Source: an uncultured virus (IMG/VR IMGVR_UViG_3300042564_004560)
Taxonomy: Duplodnaviria; Heunggongvirae; Uroviricota; Caudoviricetes
Length of the DNA: 64,000 nucleotides
Strand: one strand, 5' to 3'
Virus record (IMG/VR): IMGVR_UViG_3300042564_004560
Part shown: piece by piece, positions 28,619 through 38,354 of the stretch
How the letters are laid out: every line of letters begins with the position of its first letter
Numbering within the stretch: position 1 is the stretch's first letter
Notes under the pieces: model-generated
Told to the model about the DNA's origin: nothing
What the model saw: the letters and a program-made list of their open reading frames with translations, nothing else
Database searches by the model: none
Made by a program: the position numbers and the translations under genes

Positions 28619-29397
28619 ATTTTAATCCAATTTTCACAATATAAATCGTCAGTATTAAATGACGAATAGTTAACACCAAACCATTTAGTTGGAGCTACTA
28701 CTTTTTTATTTTCATTTTTATTTAACCACGCTCCCCACCAGCTAAATGTTGAGTTTGCAATTATATTATTTTTACACATAGACATTAAATATAAGTCTTG
28801 GTAATCTAAATTATTTGAGATAAATGTTTTGTTTTTAATAAACCCAAAATTTTCTTCACACCATTTAATATCGTCTGAAAATATTAAAAAATGTTTATCT
28901 TCCCCAATAATTTTAACAGCATTTTCAAAATAGTCAATTGGTTGTGACGGATGATGATTTGGTAAAGAAATATAATCTCCTCTTCTAACATGAATAGAAC
29001 AAGTATCTTGATTTAAAATTTCATTATATTTTTCTAACAAATATGAATTTGTGTTTTCATCAATTTTAAAAAGGTCCAATATCTCATTTTTGTAATCTAT
29101 AAAATATTTTTCACTTTGAAAGTGTCCTATTAATTTTATATTTCCTTCTAATTTTGGTATTGGAAAATATTGAAATCCGCCTTCCCCTGAATGTTGTTGA
29201 TTAGTTATTGTGTCTGAAAATTTTATTTTTCTAAAAATATTATTAATATAAAATTGGTATGATTTGTGAGGTATCATCATGTCCCGAGTGTCACAAATCA
29301 TTTCTTTATTATCTCTAAGTGATACACTATAAGTTGCAGCAATTTGAAACATTAGATTTCCTAACCCTCCCATTAATCTTGTTGATGCAATATTCAT
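28615..29397 (-). CDS. GT11 alpha-1,2-fucosyl/colitosyltransferase
   Basis: GGLGNLMFQ, SIHVRRGDY, FSDDIKWC, NSTFSWWGAWL. Confidence 0.9.
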   Translation of the reverse strand: MNIASTRLMGGLGNLMFQIAATYSVSLRDNKEMICDTRDMMIPHKSYQFYINNIFRKIKFSDTITNQQHSGEGGFQYFPIPKLEGNIKLIGHFQSEKYFIDYKNEILDLFKIDENTNSYLLEKYNEILNQDTCSIHVRRGDYISLPNHHPSQPIDYFENAVKIIGEDKHFLIFSDDIKWCEENFGFIKNKTFISNNLDYQDLYLMSMCKNNIIANSTFSWWGAWLNKNENKKVVAPTKWFGVNYSSFNTDDLYCENWIKI

Positions 29398-29401
29398 AAT
29401 T

Positions 29402-30202
29402 TTAATTATTTTTTATAAATGATTTAACCTCGTCTTCAACTCTTTTTCTAAAATCATGGTAATTCATGGATTTTTCATAATTTATATTAACATATTCTAA
29501 CATATTTTGATATGTTTCAGGAGTAATTGTATTACACACATCTACCATTTCGTCTAATGTTTTTACATGGAACATACCTCGTAAATCAAAATAATCACCA
29601 ATATTATCACACCCAATATAAATAGGAATTGTTTTTGTTTGAAAACAATCAATTATTTTTTCTGTAAACCAATTATCTGATGTCACATTTTCAATAACAA
29701 TATGAAATTGGGAATAAAATAATTCGTTTTTCCAAAGATTACTTTTCATTTGTTTTAATTCAGGTGATTGAGTAAATGACGTGTTAACACTATTATACAA
29801 ATGAATTGGTATAGATGTTATTAATTTACTTTTTTCGGGTACAGAATGTCTTAATCTATGACCAGTACATTGAGATTTACCACCAACTAATGTTGTAATA
29901 CAATATTCTTTTTGTTCAGGAAATTCAAAGTCTTTAATCCAAGTTGTTCCATATGGAAACAGTTTGGCGTTTGGACACAATGATAAAATTTCTTTATCCC
30001 ATGTTAAAATTAAATCAAACTTACTATGATTAGTTATTGCGTTTTGTCTAAATCCTGAAACTTCATTTGGTTCCATAACCCATAAAACTCTGATAGATTC
30101 TTTAGGTGTGTGAGGAACTATATCGGCATAAAGTTCACAAAATTTGTCTGTTTGGAATGATACATCTAATCCGAAACTAGATATTACTGATAAATTATGC
30201 AT
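29402..30202 (-). CDS. GT10-like alpha-1,3-fucosyltransferase
   Basis: FHIVIEN...NWFTEKIIDCFQTKTIPIYIG. Confidence 0.78.
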   Translation of the reverse strand: MHNLSVISSFGLDVSFQTDKFCELYADIVPHTPKESIRVLWVMEPNEVSGFRQNAITNHSKFDLILTWDKEILSLCPNAKLFPYGTTWIKDFEFPEQKEYCITTLVGGKSQCTGHRLRHSVPEKSKLITSIPIHLYNSVNTSFTQSPELKQMKSNLWKNELFYSQFHIVIENVTSDNWFTEKIIDCFQTKTIPIYIGCDNIGDYFDLRGMFHVKTLDEMVDVCNTITPETYQNMLEYVNINYEKSMNYHDFRKRVEDEVKSFIKNN

Positions 30203-30203
30203 A

Positions 30204-31301
30204 TTATTTATTTATTAATGTTTTTACGGTATCCAAAGCACTTTTAATTACTTGGTGCATATCGTAATATTTATACTGTCCTAATCTACCACCAAAAATG
30301 TGTTTTGATTGTAACTCTGACAATTCTTTATATTTTGAATATTTTAAATTGTTTTCAGAATCATTTACCGGGTAATATGGTTCAGTTTTATCCGCTTGAT
30401 ATTCAATTGGATATTCATAAGTTAACCAAGTTACCGGTGATTCGGTTTTTTCAAAATGTTTATGTTCAATTATTCTGGTATATGGTATGGCCTCATCAGT
30501 ATAATTTACCATTACAACTCCTTGAAAATTTTGAACATCTTTTTTTACATGTTTAAACTTTGTTGTTTTATATTCAAGTTCTCCAAATTGATAATTATAA
30601 AATTTATCAATAGGACCTGTATAAATTATATTTTTACCAATACTATCCCAATATTCTTTATCATTAAAATAATCAGTATTTAACTTAACTTCAACACCAT
30701 CTAATAATTTTTCAAAAATTTGAGTATAACCACCAATTGGTATTCCTTGGTATGTATCATTAAAGTAATTATTGTCGTATGTAAACCTAATTGGTAATCT
30801 TTTAATAATCTCTTTTGGTAATTCTTTTGGGTCTTTTCTCCATTGTTTTGCGGTGTAACCTTTAATCAATTTTTCATACACATCTTTACCAACTAATTTT
30901 ATTGCCTGTTCTTCTAAATTTTTAGGCTCATCAATATCTATTGATTGGGACTTAATAATTTCTTGAGCTTCTTCAGGTGTTGTTACATTCCATAATTTAT
31001 TGAATGTCCACATACTAAAAGGTAATGAATATATTTCGCCTTTATAATTTGCTACAGGAGTTAAAATAAAATTATTAAATTTAACATATTGGTTAATCCA
31101 ATTCCATATCTCCTCATCTGAAGTGTGAAATATGTGAGGACCGTATGTGTGTATGTTTATATTGTCTTTTTTTTCTGTATGACAATTACCACCAATATGG
31201 TTACGATTTTCAATTACCAAACATTTATATCCGTTATCAGTTAGTTCTCTTGCGCAAATAGAACCAAAAAACCCACTACCAACTATTACATAATCATACA
31301 T
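30204..31301 (-). CDS. glf: UDP-galactopyranose mutase
   Basis: IVGSGFFG, HIGGNC, YGPHIFHT, YQGIP, EPYYP, GRLGQYKYYDMHQ. Confidence 0.95.
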   Translation of the reverse strand: MYDYVIVGSGFFGSICARELTDNGYKCLVIENRNHIGGNCHTEKKDNINIHTYGPHIFHTSDEEIWNWINQYVKFNNFILTPVANYKGEIYSLPFSMWTFNKLWNVTTPEEAQEIIKSQSIDIDEPKNLEEQAIKLVGKDVYEKLIKGYTAKQWRKDPKELPKEIIKRLPIRFTYDNNYFNDTYQGIPIGGYTQIFEKLLDGVEVKLNTDYFNDKEYWDSIGKNIIYTGPIDKFYNYQFGELEYKTTKFKHVKKDVQNFQGVVMVNYTDEAIPYTRIIEHKHFEKTESPVTWLTYEYPIEYQADKTEPYYPVNDSENNLKYSKYKELSELQSKHIFGGRLGQYKYYDMHQVIKSALDTVKTLINK

Positions 31302-31965
31302 TTAATACTAAGTCAATTTTAATATTTGATTTATTTTCTTCGTTCCAAAAAAGACTAATTAAATGATTTCTTCCATCAATGATTTCTTTCCAATTAGGTA
31401 GTTCAGATATGTAATCTTTTTTCTTTTTAATTTCAACAATTGTCAGACCATAAGACTCAGGATAGTTACTCATTTTAATAAACTCATCTTCATAGTTTAA
31501 TGAATCAACATTAAAAAATAATTTAACCCCTTCTTCAACTCTACCCCAAGTAATATCTCCATACTTATCATGTTGCCCTATCGGCCAATTTGTGTCATGG
31601 AATGCAATAAACCCGCCCTCTTCAAGATGAGGATACCAAAAATATAATTCAGATAAAACTTGGTCTTTGATGTGAAAAGTGTCAACAAATAATCCACTTA
31701 TTTTTTTATCCCAATATTTTCCAACGGTAGACGAATCGCCTAAAATTGTAGTATAATTAGGATGAGAACTAATTTCAGAGTTTAACATACTCCAATCAAC
31801 ATCAACACCAAATACTTTATTATTATTTTTAACAGAATCTGATAACATTATTTTAGACGAAAGACCTTCTCTAACACCTAAGTCAACAAATATTGATTCA
31901 GTATATTTTGATGTAATATCGTATAAAACATTTTTATTTACTCCTAAGTCGTCATTTAAAATCAT
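31294..31965 (-). CDS. Class I SAM-dependent methyltransferase (Methyltransf_24-like)
   Basis: VDLGVREGLS, LFVDTFH, GGFIAFHDT. Confidence 0.75.
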   Translation of the reverse strand: MILNDDLGVNKNVLYDITSKYTESIFVDLGVREGLSSKIMLSDSVKNNNKVFGVDVDWSMLNSEISSHPNYTTILGDSSTVGKYWDKKISGLFVDTFHIKDQVLSELYFWYPHLEEGGFIAFHDTNWPIGQHDKYGDITWGRVEEGVKLFFNVDSLNYEDEFIKMSNYPESYGLTIVEIKKKKDYISELPNWKEIIDGRNHLISLFWNEENKSNIKIDLVLNV

Positions 31966-32846
31966 TATAAAAAATATTGTTTAGTTAAATTATGTAATTG
32001 TTCTTTTTGGTTTTTAATTGAAGACCTGTATAAAGAATACTCGTCAATAACGGATTCAAAGTTTTCAAAACAATTACGAATTGTATTTCCAATTTCTTCA
32101 ACATTAGATGTTTTAAATTGTTTACTAACAGGAATATCATTATAAAAACCAGCAGACCCTGTAGAATTAGTTATTACACAATTTCCAAGTATTGCAGATT
32201 CTCTCGGGATTCTATCTCTACCAGGATGATGACCAAAATCAATATAAATTTTACTTGTTTTTAATAATTCAATTATTTGATTTTCATCCATACCCACAAT
32301 AGGTACAAGTTCAATATCAGGATTTAATGATTTAATTTGATTGGTAACTCCAAGACCCTTAACAGGGTTATAACAAACAATATTTTTCTTTTGGTTTATA
32401 TCGTAAGTTGATTCAATATATTTTGATGGGATATAGTCAAATAATGGAAGATATTTTTCCACACCATTTTTTTGTAAAAAATCCAAGGCATAAAAAGATT
32501 GGTAAAAATGAGTAATATTTGAATTTGAAAAATCTTGAAATTTACCATGGTTATTGTCAACACTTAACCACCATATGGCTTTTTTCATATTTTTATAGGT
32601 GTCTAATTTTTCGGTCCAAACTTCAGGATAGATAACCCAATTATCAGAAATGTCTTCAACATCTTTTGAATGTTGAATATTATAATGTTTATATTTTGCA
32701 GGGATTGGGTCAGCATATGGGATATCCCATAATACAATTGATTCCCCACCAACATTGTTAATTGCATCCGCTAATTGAAATAGGGATTCAACACCACCCG
32801 CAGCTACTCCGGCTGGAATGTTAATGTACACTTTACTTGTTTTCAT
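31965..32846 (-). CDS. GT-B fold glycosyltransferase-like protein
   Basis: AGGVESLFQL, YPE, YIDFGHHPGRDRIPRESAILG. Confidence 0.65.
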   Translation of the reverse strand: MKTSKVYINIPAGVAAGGVESLFQLADAINNVGGESIVLWDIPYADPIPAKYKHYNIQHSKDVEDISDNWVIYPEVWTEKLDTYKNMKKAIWWLSVDNNHGKFQDFSNSNITHFYQSFYALDFLQKNGVEKYLPLFDYIPSKYIESTYDINQKKNIVCYNPVKGLGVTNQIKSLNPDIELVPIVGMDENQIIELLKTSKIYIDFGHHPGRDRIPRESAILGNCVITNSTGSAGFYNDIPVSKQFKTSNVEEIGNTIRNCFENFESVIDEYSLYRSSIKNQKEQLHNLTKQYFL

Positions 32847-33532
32847 ATGTTATGTTTGTTTCTTACGTGATTTATTTCCAAATGCATATCTTTTTTGTAT
32901 AAACTACTAATTTGATGTTGATGCATTCTATTTGTGATTAAACAATTAGTAATAATTTTAGGAAAACCATATCTGATGTAAAGTTGATAATACATTTCAC
33001 AATCCATTAACATAGTTAATTCTTCGTCAAATAAACAAGGGGTTTCATTTTTGAAAGATAAAACCGACGGGGAACTAATTGTATTAACACCTATTGCAAT
33101 TTTATCATTCCATGAAGGGCTCATAAAATTATAAAAAGTATTTCCATCATCATTCGTATGATTACACCCATTAACTAACCATTTACATTCATCTTTTTTA
33201 AATTCCTCACTAATTAATTCTAATGATGTATCATCATAAAAAAAATCGTCTTGGAACATTATTTTAATAATTTCACCATCGGCGTGAATAATTGAGTTAT
33301 TGGTATTCGCCGGTCCATTACCTAATAATTTATCATTTTTAAAATATTTAATTTCAAATTTATCGGAATATGACTCACAAAGATTTTTAATCTCATTATT
33401 TTTACTATGGTCGGAAATAATAACATTAAAATTCTTATATGTTTGATTTAAAAATTTGTCAAAATTATTTTTTAAAAATCCAGTCCCATAACCATATTGT
33501 TCCCAAGTAGGAATGCAGATTGAAATTTTCAC
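32843..33532 (-). CDS. Glycosyltransferase family 2
   Basis: ISICIPTWE, ISDHS, MFQDD; GTG start. Confidence 0.85.
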   Translation of the reverse strand: MKISICIPTWEQYGYGTGFLKNNFDKFLNQTYKNFNVIISDHSKNNEIKNLCESYSDKFEIKYFKNDKLLGNGPANTNNSIIHADGEIIKIMFQDDFFYDDTSLELISEEFKKDECKWLVNGCNHTNDDGNTFYNFMSPSWNDKIAIGVNTISSPSVLSFKNETPCLFDEELTMLMDCEMYYQLYIRYGFPKIITNCLITNRMHQHQISSLYKKDMHLEINHVRNKHNI

Positions 33533-34245
33533 TATTGTAATTTATTATATGATGGTTTATTTCTAATGATATTTGCTGTTGATGACACTTTTGGTAAATC
33601 AACTTTATGCTCGTTTAGAGGATTTAAATCATTATAGATATAATTAATTGACGATACAAATTTAAAATGTTCCTCACCCGCCATTTCAACCATAGGGAAC
33701 ATAAACGCCAAATCACAAGCAATATCCCATCTATTACCATCATCGTCTCTTAAATCTTCTTCTTTGATTTTTTTCCATAACCAAGATTTCCAAGTTCTTA
33801 AATGCGATAGAGTAAATGCTTGCTTTCTTATGTTTGTAAAATTTGTGGGTGGATTTGCAAATCCTGGTCTACCATCATGGTATTTAAATGAACCACTTGT
33901 AATCCATACATTAGGGTCTTGATATACTTCATTAACTAAAGTAAGAACATTTGAATTTGGTAACCAATCATCACCATCTACCTCAACACAAATTTCATTA
34001 TCAGGTATTTCTCTAAGTCTTATTACTTGGTCATAGTTACCTGCTTGATACATTTTTGATTGATTCTCAATTAAAATAAAACGAGAATCACCATTAATTG
34101 TATTTTTTATTATATCAACAGTATTATCAGTTGACATATCATCAGTGATATAACATGTAAAATCTTTAAAATTTTGACTCATTATAGACAATAAAGATTT
34201 TTCTACATATTTTTCACAATTATAAGTTGTTGTTAAAATTATCAT
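33532..34245 (-). CDS. Glycosyltransferase family 2
   Basis: TTYNCEKYV, DDMSTD, VDGDDWL. Confidence 0.85.
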   Translation of the reverse strand: MIILTTTYNCEKYVEKSLLSIMSQNFKDFTCYITDDMSTDNTVDIIKNTINGDSRFILIENQSKMYQAGNYDQVIRLREIPDNEICVEVDGDDWLPNSNVLTLVNEVYQDPNVWITSGSFKYHDGRPGFANPPTNFTNIRKQAFTLSHLRTWKSWLWKKIKEEDLRDDDGNRWDIACDLAFMFPMVEMAGEEHFKFVSSINYIYNDLNPLNEHKVDLPKVSSTANIIRNKPSYNKLQ

Positions 34246-35402
34246 TGTATATCAATTTTTAATCCCTCAGGACTTGTCCCCCTTGGGAAAAATTTTAAAC
34301 GACCATTGTAGGATTCGCTTAAAGTGTTTAAGTTTTTTATAATCTCGGGTCTCTCAATTAAATTAACCATATACCCCTCATCTAATAAATCTATACATAG
34401 TTTATATTGTTGAGATTCCTCTAAACTATCAGAACCTTTTTTATAAGTAATATAATTCATAACAAAAGGAACCTCTTTATTTGGGTTTAAGGAAATGTAA
34501 TGATTCTTTAAAAACAAAAAATGTTCTTCATTAAATTTGTTTATTGCGATGGGTAATGTTAATTCCATATCTAAATTTTCTCCAAATTTAACTAATGCTC
34601 GATTACCTTTTGGTAAGTAAGGTCCACCAAATCCAAACCCATATTTCATATTTTTTTTACCAATCCTTGAATCTCCTCCAATTGCATTTAAAACAAGGTC
34701 AATTTCTTCATTTAATCCAGATTTCATTAAAACATTTCCTATCATATTCGCATAACTAATCTTTGATGCGACCATACAATTAATACTAATTTTAGTAATT
34801 TCAGCGGCTTTATAACTCATAATATGGGCGTTTAGCTGGCCTGTTTGGATTCTTCCATAAATTTTTATTAACTCATTTGATAATTCTTGATATTCAGTAC
34901 CTATTAAAAGAATATCTAAATTTTCAAGACCACTGACGGTACTATTTTGAGAAATAATTTCAGGACAATACGCAACTTGAATATCAAACATTCTAAGTTT
35001 ATTCTGTATTTGTTCAACATCACCAGGATTAGTTGTACTTCCCACAACAAATTTTTTATTATAAATTGGTATCTCTAATTGAGATGCGGTAAAAAACTCG
35101 TTAGTAATTTCAAAAAGGGTTGTTGTGTCATAATCACCATCTAAAGTTGGTGGGGTTGGCACAAACGTAAAAATTATATCAGATTTTTCAATGACTTCCA
35201 CATTTGAAGTTGTTGCACTAAAATCATAAACCTCAAATAACATTTTCTGAATTAAAGGCTCATTTGTTTTACAAATACCTTGATTTAAATTATAAACATA
35301 ATCCTCATTAGTGTCGGATACCAAAACATTGTATCCCGCCTTTTCACATAATAATGCGAAAGATAATCCTAAATTTCCTACCCCGATAACGCCTATAGTC
35401 AT
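34242..35402 (-). CDS. UDP-glucose/GDP-mannose dehydrogenase family protein, catalytic Cys replaced
   Basis: GVIGVGNLG, FVPTP, AAEITKISIN, DSRIG, GFGGPYLPKG. Confidence 0.8.
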   Translation of the reverse strand: MTIGVIGVGNLGLSFALLCEKAGYNVLVSDTNEDYVYNLNQGICKTNEPLIQKMLFEVYDFSATTSNVEVIEKSDIIFTFVPTPPTLDGDYDTTTLFEITNEFFTASQLEIPIYNKKFVVGSTTNPGDVEQIQNKLRMFDIQVAYCPEIISQNSTVSGLENLDILLIGTEYQELSNELIKIYGRIQTGQLNAHIMSYKAAEITKISINCMVASKISYANMIGNVLMKSGLNEEIDLVLNAIGGDSRIGKKNMKYGFGFGGPYLPKGNRALVKFGENLDMELTLPIAINKFNEEHFLFLKNHYISLNPNKEVPFVMNYITYKKGSDSLEESQQYKLCIDLLDEGYMVNLIERPEIIKNLNTLSESYNGRLKFFPRGTSPEGLKIDIQ

Positions 35403-35403
35403 A

Positions 35404-37032
35404 TTATAAATTTTTAAGGTATTCTTCTTTTATTTGTTTTGCGACATTAGACGCGTAATATTTTTCCATATCTGTAGGAGGGTTAAATTTTTCTTTTGAT
35501 AAAATAAAACCACCCGAATCTACTTTATAAATCCAACTCGGTTTTCCACACATCCAACCTTCAATAGTTGTTCTACCTAATTGAATACCTGCGGTTTCCT
35601 CACATTTGTAAATAAAATTTTCAACAGACCAAGTAGTTGGGAAATGTTTCACATGTTTTTCAAATAATACTTGTTGTAAATAATTTCCTTTATCCTCACC
35701 GACTAACCAAAGTTCTTTACCTTCTTCTTTAGTTCTTTCCATTAAATCCAAAATTGTTTCTTTTCGTAAGTAATCAATTGTCCCAACAAATAAAACCGCG
35801 TTTTCAGTTTTAATTAAAGGATTTGGTTTAAACTTATCACTATCAATTGGATTATAAATTATGTCAACTTGTTCTTCAGGTATTTCAAATTTATTTACAA
35901 TGTAATCCTTAATCTCAGGTCTGATTGCAATATATTTTTTAATTGTATCATCTTTTATTGGATTTTCTAATTCAATAACTTCAGAATGTATTGAGTATAT
36001 TTTATTTAATTCAGGATAAAATTGTAACATTCTTTCCGCAACAGGTTTGTGTTGCATATGTATGATGTCATAATTAACTTCAGATATTCGGTACATTGAA
36101 TTTTCTTTTGAAACTTCATAACCATTAGGTCCATTAACCCCCCATTTACCATCACCCATCTTAAATCCGGGGGCTTCTTCAAATGATAAACATTTAATAC
36201 CAAGTTTCTTTGCCATATCAGTTAATGGGCCACCTATTTGGGATAAAACTGTTACACTACAATTAAGTTTTTTTAATTCTTTTGCCAATTCAAAAACATA
36301 TAATTCAGAACCTGTTAAAGTTTTAAAATTTAAACAAGATAATAAAACTCTAACCTTATCATTTAAATTATATGGAATTTTACAAGGTAAATTTTCTTTA
36401 TATTTTTCTGCAAATAATAATTTGTTATCTTCCCATTGTTGGTTAGTCTGACCAATTGATTTATGAGTCATTCTTATATTAGTTATTACACCAACTTTAA
36501 CACCATCAATATGATTTTGAAAACAAAACGGGATATCGTAAAAATGGAATCCTTTAAAGTCCTCAACAAAATTATGTTTAATTCTTTTTTTACTAATGGC
36601 AATAAAAAGACCATCAACAATTACGGTCTCTTTAATTTTATTATTTAAATCATCAGAATATTTTGATACCCATTTTTTTCCATCACTTTCGTGATTAACA
36701 ATACCAATCATTTTTTTTCTGTTTTCCCACCACATACCGCTAGAAGGCATTTCGGTAGTTCCTGCCATTCCTATAATTCCAAAATCACTTTTTTCAAAAT
36801 GTTTAAGTAATTTGTGATACCAAGAACTGGTGTCAAAATAAATGTCGTCATGACAAAGAACAACTATGTCAGTCTTTGCTTCAGATAATATTTCGTTATA
36901 CACTTGAGAAAGAGATTTCTCACCATTATTAACTTTTTCAATAACCTCAAGTTTTTTAAATCCTGAACTTTTTTTCAAGTATTCAATAAACTCTGGGTTA
37001 GATTCTCTTGTTGAATATCCTACTGTAATCAT
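35404..37032 (-). CDS. Two-domain glycosyltransferase (GT2-like + GT4-like)
   Basis: N-terminal LCHDDI, DGLFIA, FHFYD; C-terminal TGSELYVFELA, GRTTIEGW. Confidence 0.75.
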   Translation of the reverse strand: MITVGYSTRESNPEFIEYLKKSSGFKKLEVIEKVNNGEKSLSQVYNEILSEAKTDIVVLCHDDIYFDTSSWYHKLLKHFEKSDFGIIGMAGTTEMPSSGMWWENRKKMIGIVNHESDGKKWVSKYSDDLNNKIKETVIVDGLFIAISKKRIKHNFVEDFKGFHFYDIPFCFQNHIDGVKVGVITNIRMTHKSIGQTNQQWEDNKLLFAEKYKENLPCKIPYNLNDKVRVLLSCLNFKTLTGSELYVFELAKELKKLNCSVTVLSQIGGPLTDMAKKLGIKCLSFEEAPGFKMGDGKWGVNGPNGYEVSKENSMYRISEVNYDIIHMQHKPVAERMLQFYPELNKIYSIHSEVIELENPIKDDTIKKYIAIRPEIKDYIVNKFEIPEEQVDIIYNPIDSDKFKPNPLIKTENAVLFVGTIDYLRKETILDLMERTKEEGKELWLVGEDKGNYLQQVLFEKHVKHFPTTWSVENFIYKCEETAGIQLGRTTIEGWMCGKPSWIYKVDSGGFILSKEKFNPPTDMEKYYASNVAKQIKEEYLKNL

Positions 37033-37035
37033 AAA

Positions 37036-37653
37036 CTATATTAATCCTGTACTTCCAAAACCATTATCACCTCTATCTTTGTCTTCGATTTTATCTAATC
37101 GATTTAATCTAACATATTTTCCTGTGAATACAGGACATAAAACGGCTTGAGCAATTTTCATACCTTTATTAATACTAATCGCTTCTCCACCTGCGTTCAA
37201 GACAATAACTTTAATTTCACCATTATATCCTGAATCAACAGTACCAGGGGTGTTTAATACTGTTAGGCCATGATTAATTGCCAACCCACTTTTAGGTCTT
37301 ACTTGAACTTCACAATCGTCAGGGATTGATAATTTAATACCTGTCGGAATAAGAGCCCTACCTGATGGTGGAATAATACAATCAACAACTGAATGTAAAT
37401 CAAATCCTGAATCAGATTTATATGCGTATGATGGAAACTTGGCGTCAGGGTGAATTAACTCAACACCTAAAACTTTACTTTTAATTGCGGTTTCAGTATC
37501 ACGATTCATTTCTTCTATAGACATACCAAAAATTTCTTCTAACTCTTTTTGATAAGTTTCCTCAGGTTCAACACCCGCTTCCGATATTATGTTTTTAAAT
37601 TGTTCTTGTATTTGAGCCCACCCTTCTGGACTTATACCTAAATTTTCAGTCAT
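37036..37653 (-). CDS. dut: dUTPase (trimeric type)
   Basis: SGFDL, RPKSGLA, GTVDSGYNGEI, IAQAV, RGDNGFGSTG. Confidence 0.93.
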   Translation of the reverse strand: MTENLGISPEGWAQIQEQFKNIISEAGVEPEETYQKELEEIFGMSIEEMNRDTETAIKSKVLGVELIHPDAKFPSYAYKSDSGFDLHSVVDCIIPPSGRALIPTGIKLSIPDDCEVQVRPKSGLAINHGLTVLNTPGTVDSGYNGEIKVIVLNAGGEAISINKGMKIAQAVLCPVFTGKYVRLNRLDKIEDKDRGDNGFGSTGLI

Positions 37654-38354
37654 TACTTTAATTTTAATAATTTATTAATTACGTCGATTAATACCGACAC
37701 ATCTTTTTCACAATATTTTACAATACCTTCAATATCTTTTTTAACCCAAAAAGCGTCATGAACTTTATTACCTGTGATTTCCATTGTTTTAGAAGATTCA
37801 ACCCCTAAACAAACACACATAAGTTCTAACGATGCAATAGACCCATAACCACCATATTGCCAAAGTTCTTTAGTGTCAAGAGCTTTGATTTCCCATGGCT
37901 TGGTATCGTGACCTGGTAATATTTTAGGAGGAAGAACTCCATTCATAATCATTCTTTTTGCCAACATTGGTATGTCAAAACCTTTAACATTATGACCACA
38001 TAAAAAGAAACCTAATTCACCAACTCTATGTAAGAGTTTTTGAACATCTTCTAATAGTTTTTTTTCATCAGGGTCACTGAATGATTGCATCTTAGTTTCA
38101 CCTTTTTCAGTAACAAAGGCAACACTAACACAAGCAATTCTTGCAAACTCAGGAACTAATGCAGCTCTGTTTACAAACATTTCACCCACAGGTTTGTCAG
38201 CGTCTTCAGGGAATCTTTTTTGAAACCAATCGTGGTAATTTCTAAATTGGAATGCCAATTCAGGTCTATTAGATTCAAGTGACTCCCAATCAGGTTGGAC
38301 ACCGACAGTTTCGATATCCAAGAATAAAATTTTAGTTAAAGGTATGTTTATCAT
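37653..38354 (-). CDS. PolB-like 3'-5' exonuclease (DEDD)
   Basis: FLDIETV, GHNVKGFDIP, YCEKDV. Confidence 0.85.
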   Translation of the reverse strand: MINIPLTKILFLDIETVGVQPDWESLESNRPELAFQFRNYHDWFQKRFPEDADKPVGEMFVNRAALVPEFARIACVSVAFVTEKGETKMQSFSDPDEKKLLEDVQKLLHRVGELGFFLCGHNVKGFDIPMLAKRMIMNGVLPPKILPGHDTKPWEIKALDTKELWQYGGYGSIASLELMCVCLGVESSKTMEITGNKVHDAFWVKKDIEGIVKYCEKDVSVLIDVINKLLKLK

